From Daphnia carinata (lineage: Eukaryota), in contig NC_081331.1 of NCBI RefSeq assembly GCF_022539665.2, forward strand, positions 7,254,001 to 7,318,000: DNA of 64,000 bases, read 5' to 3'. The notes beneath the pieces were generated by a model that did no database searches, was not told where the DNA came from, and worked only from the letters and a program-made list of their open reading frames with translations. Below, in pieces: positions 9,523 to 21,581 of this stretch. The position numbers were made by a program, and so were the translations under genes. Position 1 is the first letter of the stretch. The number at the start of each line of letters is the position of its first letter.

Positions 9523-9922
9523 GTAGTATTTTGTAGTAAACTGTACTCTTTAGCGTAAAGATTTATTGACTAAATAGATTTAATTGCATCTATTCGTACT
9601 TAATTAATTCCTGGACAGTGCGTTTGTCGTCGTGTAATACTTGTTCGATCCACTTGTTTGCGTGCTGCCTTCGTGAATGAGGTTATCACGTTCGCTTCCG
9701 TGTCAGTTTCTTTTCCGCTATCCGTGTTATCACGGGAAGATTTGGCTACAATTGTCTGTCTCTCTCTTTAGATTCCCTACTGTATCGTTATTTCTTTCTA
9801 TGTTCTTGCCTCTGGTAGTACACTTGATTTAAAATAATACATTCATCATTGTGGATAATACTATTATTACTTTTGTCTTAATTACGTAAAGTCAGTCTTC
9901 CCACACGGGAAGATGTTTTACA
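9523..9922 (+). repeat. 3' part of 5' LTR of element B (interrupted by element A)
   Basis: Ends GAAGATGTTTTACA immediately before a PBS; last ~160 bp match ~21400-21581. Confidence 0.8.
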
Positions 9923-9925
9923 TTA

Positions 9926-9936
9926 TGGTGGCAACG
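9926..9936 (+). promoter_or_regulatory. primer binding site of element B (tRNA-Leu-like)
   Basis: TGGTGGCAACG 3 nt after the LTR end; resembles the complement of the tRNA-Leu 3' end (TGGTGGCAGCG). Confidence 0.6.
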
Positions 9937-9956
9937 TTTTTCAGAACTCTACCACA

Positions 9957-12900
9957 ATGATGGACGATGTTATTACAGGCGGGCATAAACTTTCTCATAC
10001 ACCTGTGAACTCTCCGCTAATTCCTGTAACACCCGTACTGCAAGTCAATGACGAAACGATCGCTAAGTTAATTAGTTTTGAAAAATTGTCAGCTCCTACC
10101 ACGACCATCCCGCATACATTTCAAGGCTGTAAGACGTCAAGAAAAACAGAAGCCATTAAGCAATCTGCCTCTCCCGTTTTAACTCCAAAAGTACAGACAG
10201 ATACCAACCAGATGAGAAAACTGAAGTCTAACACCGCGTACGAGGCCGTAGCCCCATCAGTTAAAACCAACACTAGGAAAATTTGGTCCCGTAGCAAAGC
10301 TTCCGTTGCACCTACTCAGCCCGCACCGTCTGTTTATGCAAAGTTAGCTTCTCGTTTTTCTCCCATAAAATCACCTGTAAAAACCGCGTCGAAAACTAGC
10401 TTTCTCTCAAGTACGATTATCGGTAATTTTCAAAAGAAGGGTCCACTAGATGGAAAATCACCCCAACTCGAGTCTCCATCGCCTATACCACGAGATCCAG
10501 ACCAATCAATCGAGAATATTCCCAGCACCGACGAATCAGTTAACGTCCCTGCTACTAACGCTTAAGTACCACAAGGAGAGGGAGTTGGATTTCCGATCAA
10601 CCGATTCCATAATTTGGGGACAACTAATATCGTTGATGCAAACAATCCAGCGGCGGTATCAATACCAAACCAAAGTGCCTCTGCCAAAGACACTCCTGAA
10701 ATCCTTGCATGCAATTTTGGAAGCGAGAGCCAGTGGATCATCCAGGACGACGACGCAGGTTGCGGAGCCCCAAGTGACCGTGCTGATAGCAATATTCACA
10801 ACATATGCGAGGGAGTTTTCGATTTTCCTACTAGGACAGACTTTCAGCATCCTCGAATTGCTGACATTCACGCCGGCGAACGACAAGAAACTCTTCAACT
10901 TTGCCCCCAGGGAAGGCTTACTCAACCACCGCGATGACGGGACATATTGCCTTCTCACACTAGAGATATCGGAGTTCTCAAACTACCTATAGGATACCCT
11001 GTGGGAGTCCCAGCGGACGTTTCTCACGGACAACCTGCACCTGGTCTCTTACCTAAGAAAAGCAGCAAGCAGCTGCAGTCCCTAATCAGTTTGGAGGCAC
11101 TATTGCCGGAACTGAGATCTCTTCAGACCAAATTCCAACGAATTTAGACAGTTGCTGTGATACATCCAGAGGACCCAGGAAGAACAGCAAACCACCTCTA
11201 CTCCGCATGTAGCGCCGCTGTCGGAACGCATCCCGAAGAGAAGCCGAGCACGTAAAAAAAACCGGCCTTCCAGCCAGTCACGCACTCAACACCCTACTCA
11301 AGCCCAGCACTCCAGCCAGCAGGCAGATCTGATAGTGCAACTCAGGCGATTACGAACAGCATTTCAGGACACCCTCAGTTTCACGGCGAAAGACGTTGAA
11401 TCCTCCCATATTCGATCCCAACATGGCCAAATCTTGTTCCCCTTCACGGGCAACCAAAGTCAACGATTTAAATGATTTCCAGACAAACCAACACTTTTTC
11501 GCGCCTACAATTGCTTCCATCCTTTTCGGGAAGTCCAATTTCTCGCTTCGACTCTTGGCTAGAAACTTTTGAAAGCATAGTTGATGGGGCAGCATGGTCG
11601 GAAGAAAAGATTGTTCAGATGCTGCGAGCTAAAATAACAGATAAGGCTTTTTCAGTACTTCAAAACATTGTCAGACAGCATCCAAGTACGTATAAGGAAT
11701 TTCGCGACTTGAACGAGCTTGTTGCATCAACGCGTGCTTATGCCGTTCGTTTGGAAGCTTTTGTAAAGAAGCAAATAAATGTTTTTATTCGATATGCCTT
11801 CCCGTTTATTCTTTATGTATGACTCATGTGTTACGCCATATAAACTGCGCAGTAGTGTATTATACTACATCGGCACCTTGCCGCTTAGCAACATTTGTGA
11901 TTGGCTGCTTAGGCGTTGATCTGTATTGCACCATCAACTTAATGTATCAAATTTCATTAGTTGCGACATGTAATTGCGCAGTTGTTAATTGCTGTGCAAT
12001 ATGCGAGGTTTCGTGGTGAACCAAGATCTGAGTAAGTTTAGTCGTCGATGAGCCTCTGACTCTTACAGGTGGAGTTCAAGTTCAGCTAGTGCTCCCCCAT
12101 TGATAAATCTGTGCAAGTGAATTGAGCTGTTTCACGTGCTTGCCTGAGTGTTCAGTTCACCCATATTGTTTACCCACGTGCCGACGAACTCCTGTTAACG
12201 CCGTCTTCTCTTATCCTATCCTCGCCCGTGCTATTACTGTAACGCAAATAAATATTTTTATTCAAAATACCTTTCCGTTTTAACAAGCCACCGCGGTAAT
12301 CATATTACATCGCTTATACTACAGTATCATATTACACATGTAATTGCGCGAATTGTTGTGCAATTCTCTTTCTTTAGTCTGACTCCTTTTGTCTTATCCC
12401 AAACTGACTTCTGTACCGTTACTTCTTAGCCCTACTTGGATAAATATAAATCATCGTGTGGGTAAATCGCCTCCGAGTTCGATTCATTTCAATTTGTCTT
12501 AATTCCGTAAAGTACATCTTCTCACAGAGAAGATGCTTTACACTTTAGAGAAAGATCAGGAAAAACATGAATTTGTTAGGGCGATCGACGGGTGTTGTGA
12601 CACAAAAAATTTTGAATTAAAAGACTTCAAACAAATGTTAATTGACCGGAAGGAAATAGTAAATAATGCCGTTGCTAATATTAGTCAAGGGAATTAGAAT
12701 GCGGGAGATCCCGAAAGACAACAGGGAACATTAGGGATGTTCTTCATGAACTCACGCAAGCAGTAAAAAAACTCTAAAGGGACAAGAAAGATCATTCTTC
12801 TTCTCCAACAGGCAACCCTTATAAGAAACAAGTTTCGTTCCAAACCAATAGCGGCAATCAAGACAGAAATTGGAGACCTCCTCATCGTCCCCATTCTAAC

Positions 12901-13206
12901 ACAAAGTCTTACCAACATGCGGGATTCTCCAATAGACCTACTCAGTCCCCACCCTCGTTTTCGAGACCTATTAATGATTCAAGAAATAGGCTTACTCAAA
13001 CTGGAATAAGTTGCAATTTCTACGGTTTTCGTGGGCATACACAATCGGATTGCCGTAACTTCCAACGGCATAATTTGGAACAAGCACAGCCGTCAATGTG
13101 TTATTCTTGTCGTGAAATCGGACACAAATCGAATAACTGTCCTAAGTTCAGGAGCTCCGATAGGCCGAATATTCCAGGTCCCCCTCAGCGTCAGGGAAAC
13201 CAATAG
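9957..13206 (+). pseudogene. gag: gag of element B, disrupted
   Basis: ATG 9957 after the PBS; capsid-like LPSFSG...FDSWLETFE at ~11510; matches A (AYAVRLEA/EKHEFVRAID) on both sides of the solo LTR; stops, frameshifts and an internal deletion at ~11690; zinc knuckles ~13010-13140. Confidence 0.8.
11762..12542 (+). repeat. solo LTR of element A family inserted in gag of B
   Basis: TGTAAAG...CTTTACA flanked by 4-bp TSD CTTT (11758-11761 and 12543-12546); removing it restores gag LEA-LEKDQEKHEF. Confidence 0.93.
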
Positions 13207-16200
13207 ATATCAACTGTAACTTCTGGTCAGTTGATAGGGAGCCTCAGTTAAAATCCCAAAGAGTCGCAAAATTAACAACTATAACAAATGAATCGACCAC
13301 TAGAATTCCATTAAAAATTTTTCAGATACCGTTACAAGCATTATTTGATACAGGCGCGTCTAAAAGTATAATTCACGAGAGAGTATTTCAGAAGTTACCC
13401 CCGAGAGGTCAAGCGATCTGCAGTCAGCTTGATTTCGATTTGTATGATGTAGGGGAGAAAAAGTTACAAACGCTGGGAAGAGTTACATTGCCCGTACGAT
13501 ACGGAGAGTCAGTTCTAAGACAAGAGTTTATTATTACGAATGGTGTTTCTGAAGACTGTATCCTTGGATGGGATGCAATCCAGAAACACGGTTTTCGGCT
13601 TGACGGAGAAGCCAGGAGCGTTTATTTAGCAAGGGATGAGCAGGGATCAGCCATCTCTAGGGTACCAGACATGGCAGTTACGACGGTCAAAAAGATGACG
13701 TTATTTCGTCAGACTTCGCTAGTAGTTGCAACGCAAATGAAAGGTTCATTTCCGTATGTCCCCCCTAATACCACATTTATGTTTACCCCAGCAGAGGATT
13801 TGCCGAACGGTATTTTTATTGAGGAATTCATTGGAAACGTAGCTAAAGATGGGAAATATCAAACTATGGTCGAGAATCATGCGTTAAATCAAGTCATACT
13901 TCCTAGGAACACTACATTAGGCGTAATCGAGATTATTCATAACGTAATTGGGAAAATTGTTTTAAGTAAATTAGAGGAAAAGCCTACTATTACAAGTGAG
14001 CCCGTTTTAATTTCAGAAGTCGACGCTGAATTTCAAGCTCCGCTCTCAAAACTATTAAATGACTTTCACGACTTGTTCGCAGCAAAAGATTCAGAATTAG
14101 GGAACACTAATCTCATTAAACATACAATTGATACACAAGGAAGAGGCCCTATTCGACAACGCCCTTATCCAGTTACAAATAATCAAAGAAAAATATTGGA
14201 AGATAAAGTACAGGAAATGTTGGATGCTAATGTGATCCAATATTCACATTCGCCATGGGCTACACCTGTGGTTTTAGTGGAAAAGAAGGGTGGAGAAGTA
14301 AGATTTTGCGTTGACTATAGGAAATTAAATAGTATTACGAAAAAGGATTCATTCCCTATGCCTAGGATAGATGAAACATTGGACAAATTGTATGGGAAGA
14401 AATTTTTCACCACTCTTGATTTAGCTTCAGGTTATTGGCAAATTCAAGTTGATGAGCCGGCTATTGAAAAAACAGCATTTGTAGTAGAAAATAACCTTTA
14501 CGAATTTTAGCGTATGGCATTTGGATTGTGCAATGCGCCTGCGACATTTCAAAGACTAATGAATTATGTACTGAAAGACGTTTTGGGAAGTAAGGCGTTA
14601 GTTTACTTGGATGACGTAATCGTCTTTTCGGACACTTTTGACGATCACTTGAAGGATATTCGCGAAATCTTTGAGTTATTGAAAAATGCCAATCTAAAAT
14701 TAAAACTTAAAAAATGCCAGTTCATTAAAAGTTCAGTTAATTATTTAGGCCATGTCATCTCGACTGACGGTATCAAACCTGATCCGAGTAAAATTGAGAA
14801 AATAGTTAATTATAAAACGCCCGCTTCAGTAAATGAAGTCAAATCATTTCTGGGTCTAGCTGGGTATTACAGAAGATTTATTCAAAATTTTGGATCAATC
14901 GCTAAACCATTGCCTAGATTAACCCATAAAGATCTTAGAAGGAAACCTTTTAATTGGGGAAACGAAGAAAATATTGCTTCCGAAACCTTGCGTACATCTC
15001 TAGTGACTCCACCAGTACTTGCTTACCCCAATTTCAACGAGAAATTTTTCTTTTTCACCGATGCATGCGATTATGGCATTGGAGCGGTACTGTCCCAAAT
15101 TCAAAATGGTCACGAGCACCCAATTGCGTATTCCAGTAGACAGCTAACGAAGGCAGAAGCTAAATACAGTACGACTGAAAAAAGGCACTTGCGGTTATCG
15201 ATGCGATTAAGCATTTTCGACATTACCTTTTAGACCAACCTTTTGAGATCATTAGTGATCATCGTCCACTTCAATGGCTTAAAAATCAGAAAGATAACAA
15301 TGGGAGATTAGGAAGATGGGCTATACTGTTGGCCGCAACAAATTATGAATTAAAATACAGACCGGGACGTATTCACCAAAACGCTGATTGCTTGTCACGC
15401 TCAAAAATAGCTAGTATCTAAACCGAACGTAATATTAAGTTAATTTGTGAAAAACAATTAGAAGACGACCTTTGCATAGCCATTCGGAATTATCTAGATA
15501 ACGGTGAACTTGAAGAAGTTTTTCTCCAATCTAAGCCAGATTGGGTAAAAGTAAAGATCTAAAGATCTAAGTATCTAAAAGTAAAGAATCATTATTATTG
15601 GCCTACCATGCGAAAAGACATCAAAGAATACTGTCAGGCTTGTGAGGTATGAATTGCCAACACTTCGTCAAATTACAGAGCGTTATTGCATCCTCATGAA
15701 ATTGCAAAGACCCCTTTTCAAGTTATAGGCATGGCTTTTCTAGGCCCTATCACACCAGTTTCGCCCAATGGTAACAGTTACATTTTAGTTATCACAGATT
15801 ATTTTAGCCGATGGGTGGAAGCTGTTGCTTTAAAGGATCAGACTGCGCAGACAACAGCAGAATGTGTATACAAAACAATTATAGTTAGACACGGTATGCC
15901 TAAAACTATTCTTTCAGATCGCGGAACCAATTTCACGTCGAAATTATTTCGTTACTTTTGTAAAAAATTAAAAATTGATCAACGGCTAACAACCGCTTAT
16001 AATCCAGCTAGTAACGGAGAAACAGAAAGGTTTAATAGAACATTAACAACAATGTTGAGGAAAGCATTGAAAGACGGAGAGCATGCAAATTGGGAAGATT
16101 TGCTGGATGATGTTTTGTTTGCTTATCGTAGTTCTGTCCATTCTTCTACACTGGACACCCCTTATTACTTATTACACGGTAGAGACCCCAATTCACCCAT

Positions 16201-16978
16201 CAATGAATTTCTTGACGCGTCCCCAAAAACATTTATATCCGCATCCGATTACGTAGGTAACTTAGCCGAACGCTTGCGCTACAGTTTCCAACGCGTCCGT
16301 GGGGAGAGCGAAAAAGCCAGAAAACGTCAAAGGGAGCAATACAATAAAAGAGCGAATGTAAAACAATATTTGGTAGGAGATAGAGTCTTATTAGATATTA
16401 GAGTTGTAAAAGAGGGCGATAGTAGGAAATTTACTTCCAAATATAAAGGCCCTTATAGAATTGTAAAAGTATATTCCAATAATACAGTCGACATAGCCGA
16501 CAATTCATACATATGTACACGTACGCACGTTTACCGTTTAAAACCCCTATATGAAACGATGTTATGGAAGGATGAACATTGTCCCCCTATCGAGTCGCCT
16601 TCAATATTCGAGAATCAATTCCGTAAATCGATCTCGACCCAAACAATGGGAAGTGAGGAACACCTGGAACAAGAAACAAGCGAAGTAAGAAATGGGGAAC
16701 CGGAAAAAGAGTATCCAGATAGCGTGGATGTGGAAAATATGGAATCCGAAACGGTGGAAACTGAAAACATGGTGTCAGACACCGTGGAGTTAGAAACGAC
16801 GAGGCTGGGAATTGACAAGCACCTCAATCTCCCACCAATTGCCGAAGATGATTCCAATGATAATTATGAAACGCAGCAGATAGCATCTGATGTCGTTCCG
16901 TCAGCAACAACGGCACCACAAAACGCAACCGGACGCCCGCAAAGGAATAGACAATTGCCAATGCGTTTCAGAGATTAA
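13194..16978 (+). pseudogene. pol: pol of element B, disrupted
   Basis: Collinear with pol A; TAG at 14508-14510, frameshift ~15180, stop ~15419, deletion at ~15550 before the integrase core. Confidence 0.9.
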
Positions 16979-17158
16979 ATCCGATAACTCATCCGCATGC
17001 AATTCTGTGATCGCGTTTCAGAGAAAAAACAAACAAACAAAAACTCGAAAGTATATAACGGCGAGTAGATCGAAAAGAGCCACATCTTTCCGACAACTCG
17101 TTATAGTCACAACTCTAACAAGATTTATCTCCACACCGCAAAGCATCATCAAAGTAAG

Positions 17159-17404
17159 ATGGAAAACCAAACTAGCGTTCAACACGAACAAGACACCGTC
17201 GAAGGGACTGGTGACGAGTTGCAAGCTAACGAAGTGGTGACAACAACGGAGCCCACTGCTGACTTGTCCTGGGAGCCAGTGGCAGAAAACACGGCCGAGG
17301 GGGTCAACCCAACACCTCATTCCCCAGACCAGACTAGCCCAGACTCTTGGGATCAGGCCCATCGCAACAAAAGGCCAAGGCGCGATTGGTACGACCAATT
17401 GTAA
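17159..17404 (+). CDS. accessory ORF B1, 81 aa, acidic with NLS-like NKRPRR
   Basis: TATATAA 17052-17058 upstream, AATAAA 17534-17539 downstream; resembles the N-half of ORF-X(A) (PHSPDQTSP vs PDSPDPSP; RPRRDW vs RPRTSDW). Confidence 0.55.
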   Translation: MENQTSVQHEQDTVEGTGDELQANEVVTTTEPTADLSWEPVAENTAEGVNPTPHSPDQTSPDSWDQAHRNKRPRRDWYDQL

Positions 17405-17758
17405 GGTGGAAGAAAAAAAAAAAAAAAAGCGGAAGAGAACTTCTGTTTTTCCCTAATACCGTAGTCAATATGTTTGTTCCATAGGTTAGAACGCGCTTGT
17501 GCTTTTCCCTTCTTATGTTAAGCAAATCAATCGAATAAACATAGTAGAATTATGCAACAACAATTTTTTGGGTTTTCAACAAGGAAAACAACCAAACAAA
17601 TGAGCAATGGCTGTGTTAAAAACCGCCATTTGACGAAAAAAAAAATATAAACATCGGAAAATAAATACCGAAGGCAGAATGTGCGCCATTGCAAAAGAAA
17701 TAAGAAATCAATTGGAGCGTTAAACACTCATAAGAAAAAAAAAAATAAAAGAAAAGAT

Positions 17759-17829
17759 GTTGGCGCGTCTAGAACTCAAGACTCCCGAGTCGTGGGCGGA
17801 CGCTATACCGACTGAGCCACTTCGCCAAC
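17759..17829 (-). ncRNA. degenerate tRNA-like / Pol III unit or SINE head, antisense within element B
   Basis: Minus strand GTTGGCGAAGTGGCTCAGTCGGTATAGCG...GAGTTCTAGACGCGCCAAC: A box, imperfect B box, 7-bp closing stem, then ATCTTTTCTTTT. Confidence 0.45.
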
Positions 17830-18482
17830 GGTCCAGGCCACACAAAACCCGATAGGTTTGAAGAAAAATAATAATTAGGATAAAACACGAAAAACAATTA
17901 TTTAGTGACATCAGATCACCTTTATTACCTTGAAGTTAATCAAACTTCGTGAATGGTAAACCGAAAAACTTACCGTAGGATTTTTAAGAATTGAGGTGTT
18001 GACGAGTGTAGAGCGCGGTGCTCCCGAGACGTATGCGCCATACAACCAATACCAATCCAAAAATAACACCGACAAATAGTTCAATCTCCATATAGCAAGA
18101 CAGCTTTAAAACCTTGTAACAATTAACCTCACCTGTTTTGTTGTCTTCCTTCACTTTTTCTAATTTCTCTATTACCTTTAACACACACTAAAATAATCCA
18201 AAACCAACCAAGTGACGGAAAGGAGCTAGCCACGAATCGAACAGCGCACACCTATCGCTGTTTTTCCCACGACGAAAACGCGAAACTAGAAACATAAGAA
18301 TCAATTCAAATGATACCCGAGAGTGATGAAGATGTTGAAAGCCAAACTGAGAAACGGGTGTGATCAGCCAGTGAGGATTTCGTGACTATATAAGTCAGCA
18401 CACATCTCCTCAACCCAACACTCGCGATTTCTTCAGAGCCAGAAGACGTTAGTGAAACACCCCAAAAATCAAAGACCGCACA

Positions 18483-18923
18483 ATGGCCGAAAACAATAGC
18501 CGTGCAGGAGGACCCGCCGCAAAACGGGCGTGCCGTCAGCATCAGCAACAGGTCCGCGTTGCTGAGGAACCAGTTAATCCCGACGCCGCGATCGCACCTC
18601 CGGGAGAAGCCGCAACACCAGTCGCAGCCGCAGCCCCGGGCCCAGCTGCAGCCGAACGAGAACAAAACCCGGTGGAGGCCTTCAGAGAACGAGTCCAGGA
18701 GCTCCAGGAAGAGCTGGAGGCGGTCACCCATGCCCTTACCCAAGGATTGGTGCGCTGCATCGAGCTGAAGAAGTGGAGGAAAGCGACGGAACGCTTCAAG
18801 GAGATACTGGATTTGGATCCAGCAAATCGGCACCCGCCGTTCTTCGACTGGTCGGCCGAAAGCTGGGCGGATGACGACCTGTGCCTCCATTGCAACGAAC
18901 ATCGCCATCCACCAGCCTACTAA
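18483..18923 (+). CDS. accessory ORF B2, 146 aa, homolog of ORF-X(A) C-half (TPR-like)
   Basis: TATATAA 18387-18393 upstream, AATAAA 19035-19040 downstream; KKWRKATERFKEILDLDPANRHPPFFDW; N-terminal PAAKRA NLS-like motif. Confidence 0.7.
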   Translation: MAENNSRAGGPAAKRACRQHQQQVRVAEEPVNPDAAIAPPGEAATPVAAAAPGPAAAEREQNPVEAFRERVQELQEELEAVTHALTQGLVRCIELKKWRKATERFKEILDLDPANRHPPFFDWSAESWADDDLCLHCNEHRHPPAY

Positions 18924-19790
18924 AAGAAAAACCAAACAAAAGGAACAGCAGAAGAGAACACCAACAATTTTCACTTCTCTCAATGTAGTCTTACCTAATT
19001 CTATGTAACTCGTTTCCCTTGAGTGTTGCATATCAATAAATAGGTAGTAGCCAACTAGTCCCCGTTTGTAGTCAGGAATTAAACGCTAGGAAATACGGGG
19101 GGGGGAACCATTATGAAAGGAAAATGCAAATAAAATAAGGTTACATGCCAAAAGAAATCATAAACCGTAAAGGGAAACCCACTACCTTACCTAGGGTTGC
19201 GTATAGACAGAAAAACGAATAAGTCTATACTACATGCATAACTTGACCGTCTGTCAAGGTATCCAAATAAACCAATCCACACTATAAAAAACTAAAATTT
19301 TTCTGTCACTCGCCACACGTTATCCACGTCAGACTTCCTTACGGCAAATGACACAAGTTGCCGAAAATGCATTCTCGCATTTTTTCCTTTCCCTTATTCT
19401 TATTCTTTCTCTCTCTTGCGCCAGGAAGAGTTTTTACCTTCTATTCCTTCTTTTTCATAAACAATATACTCCCCATGTATACGCGTTAATATTGCCTCTA
19501 CGTTTTGCCACAGGGCAAGTAACATGTCTCGTTTTCAACACAATATGTCTGGAGCATATGGCCTTGTTTCACGCCTTGAGGGATAACTTCCACTTCTACT
19601 CATATATCACATTCTTTCTCTCTGTCTCTTCCTTCCATTCTCTTTCTCTCTTTCTTTCTCACTTCACTGGACTTAAAAAAAACCTGACTTTCGCATCTTT
19701 CTGTTTTATCATATATATATTTGCCAAATTTATATGCACGCCTTCTTATAGCTTGATACATCAGCTACTTCGCAAATAATGAGTTATCTA

Positions 19791-19860
19791 GTCTAACTGG
19801 GGATTCGAACCTCAAACTTTGACATCACAGCTAAGAGCGCTACCATAGAGCTATTAGCTA
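19791..19860 (-). ncRNA. degenerate tRNA-like / Pol III unit or SINE head, antisense within element B
   Basis: Minus strand TAGCTCTATGGTAGCGC (A box, D arm) ... CTGTGAT loop ... GGTTCGAATCC (canonical B box) at tRNA spacing. Confidence 0.5.
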
Positions 19861-20002
19861 GTATATTACACCTGGTGTAGAAGAGTAGGTAATATACCAA
19901 TTGTTTCCGTAAATGCATTTTCTTTGTGTGTCGTAGTATACTTTTTGCTTTATGCGCTATCCCTACCGCCTTGTTGAAACTTAGAAAAAATCGAACACTG
20001 CG

Positions 20003-21399
20003 TATGACCTTTCACGGAAAAAACTTTTTCCGCCCTAAACCTTTGAACGTTTTCACGGGTTACACTCACGAGCATTTGAAACAACCGTATGCGATTGTTC
20101 GGAGCCGTCGAAAATGGGAATTATTCAATTCTCCGACGCGAATTGTCAGCCGAAATCTACCGAAAATCGTGCCATCAGTGTAAAATATGCCGTATATAGT
20201 GAAGAACGAGCTGCGATCACGTTTCCGGGATATATTTGTCCGCGCTGGAAAAATATAAGGCGTATTACAATGAATTTTTTCGGACAAACAGTGATTGAGC
20301 CAGATAAAATTTCCATTGATACAACACCCGCCGAGTGCAATGAAATGATAAACAATAAAAGGTGCGACGATCAACGAATGACTTTTTCGGATGGAAAATT
20401 TGTGTTCGACGACGAACCCGATATTTCTGGATATTGGTTGCAAACAATCGATTCCGAAATAATAAACTGTGTTCTCGATAAAATTTAACTTTTCCAACAA
20501 AGGGAGAATGCGGATTTTTCAACACCTATCGGAATTGCTTCTGCTGCGTCGCGAAATTTGTCACATAATTAACACTGATTTCGGACAAAACCTACACACA
20601 GAAAACTAAAGCAATTACCCGGCTTTTCGAAGAAGGTATCGGCAAGTTGATACAATTACCTGGGGAGAAACAAATTTTCAGACTTCGAGACGCCCGAAAT
20701 CAACTAGACTTTCATTTGTTGCCGATATCACGATGTATTTCAATGCAGAAAAATTGCCCCAATAGGACTTCTTCCTTTGAAATCCTTGGCCAATCACTAC
20801 TCTTCGTCACAACGGCGGCCATCATGAAAAATTCAACAACAACATCGGAGCCTCCGGCGCCATCTAGCGCTGAAGATTTAAACATACCGGCGAATATTCA
20901 ATATATTCGAGATCAACTGACCGATCATGAAAACGAATTGGCAAGCCAAATTCAATTATTACAGTGCGATGGTCGCAAAGCCAAACATTAAAGATCCGTT
21001 ACAACTGCTCAATATAATGGATGGTTAACAGCCTTACAACTACAATTACCCAAGTGCACAAAATTACAAGCTTTCGGTAAAACGGCTGTACTGATCCAGT
21101 GTAAAACCTTAAATGTCACATTTGATACTATTTTGACTTCTTGCGGACCGCAACCAAAATTTCAAAATTATACAATTAACCTCGATGGCTGGGAACTTGT
21201 TAAATATTCCTCTTGCTATTGGACAAATGGATTTGTAAACTTTAACGATAAACCTTATGCTTTCCGCAACAACACCTGGCAACTAATTGAAGCCACAATT
21301 GTGTTGCCTGAGCAGACGCTCGCACACTCTTTTCGCTACGAAAACGTCGAGTTTTTCGACTACGTGCATCAAAGTAATCCGGCATATACCGACAACAAA
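20003..21399 (+). pseudogene. env: env of element B, disrupted and 3'-truncated
   Basis: Collinear with env A (FETTVCDC, FPGYICPRWKNI, NIQYIRDQL, CGPQPKF); stops at 20486 and 20989, frameshifts; TM region lost by deletion into the LTR. Start approximate. Confidence 0.85.
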
Positions 21400-21581
21400 T
21401 TACTTTCTCTCTTGTGTTTCCCTACTGTATCTTTATTTCTTTCTATATTCTTGCTTCTTGTAGTATGCTTGATTTAGAATAATACATCCATCATTGTGGA
21501 AAATACGCCTCTGAGCTCGCTCTTATTTCTATTGTCTTAATACGGTAAAGTCAGTATTCCCACACGGGAAGATGCTTTGCA
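21400..21581 (+). repeat. 3'-terminal fragment of 3' LTR of element B
   Basis: Matches 9765-9922; ends CCCACACGGGAAGATGCTTTGCA. Left boundary approximate. Confidence 0.75.

Larger units (their letters stand above)
9523..21581 (+). mobile_element. decayed sister Ty3/Gypsy 'element B' with accessory ORFs and env
   Basis: LTR 3' part, PBS, then gag, pol, accessory region and env homologous to A but with stops, frameshifts and deletions; ends in an LTR 3' fragment matching 9765-9922. Confidence 0.9.

Noticed and set aside
8830..9922. One 1.1-kb LTR shared by tandem elements
   Set aside because: The solo copy with TSD ends at the equivalent of 9522, and the end of 9523-9922 matches B's own 3' LTR fragment.
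18306..19031. 241-aa antisense ORF and other antisense ORFs over gag, pol and env
   Set aside because: Shadows of GC-rich sense ORFs; not conserved between A and B.
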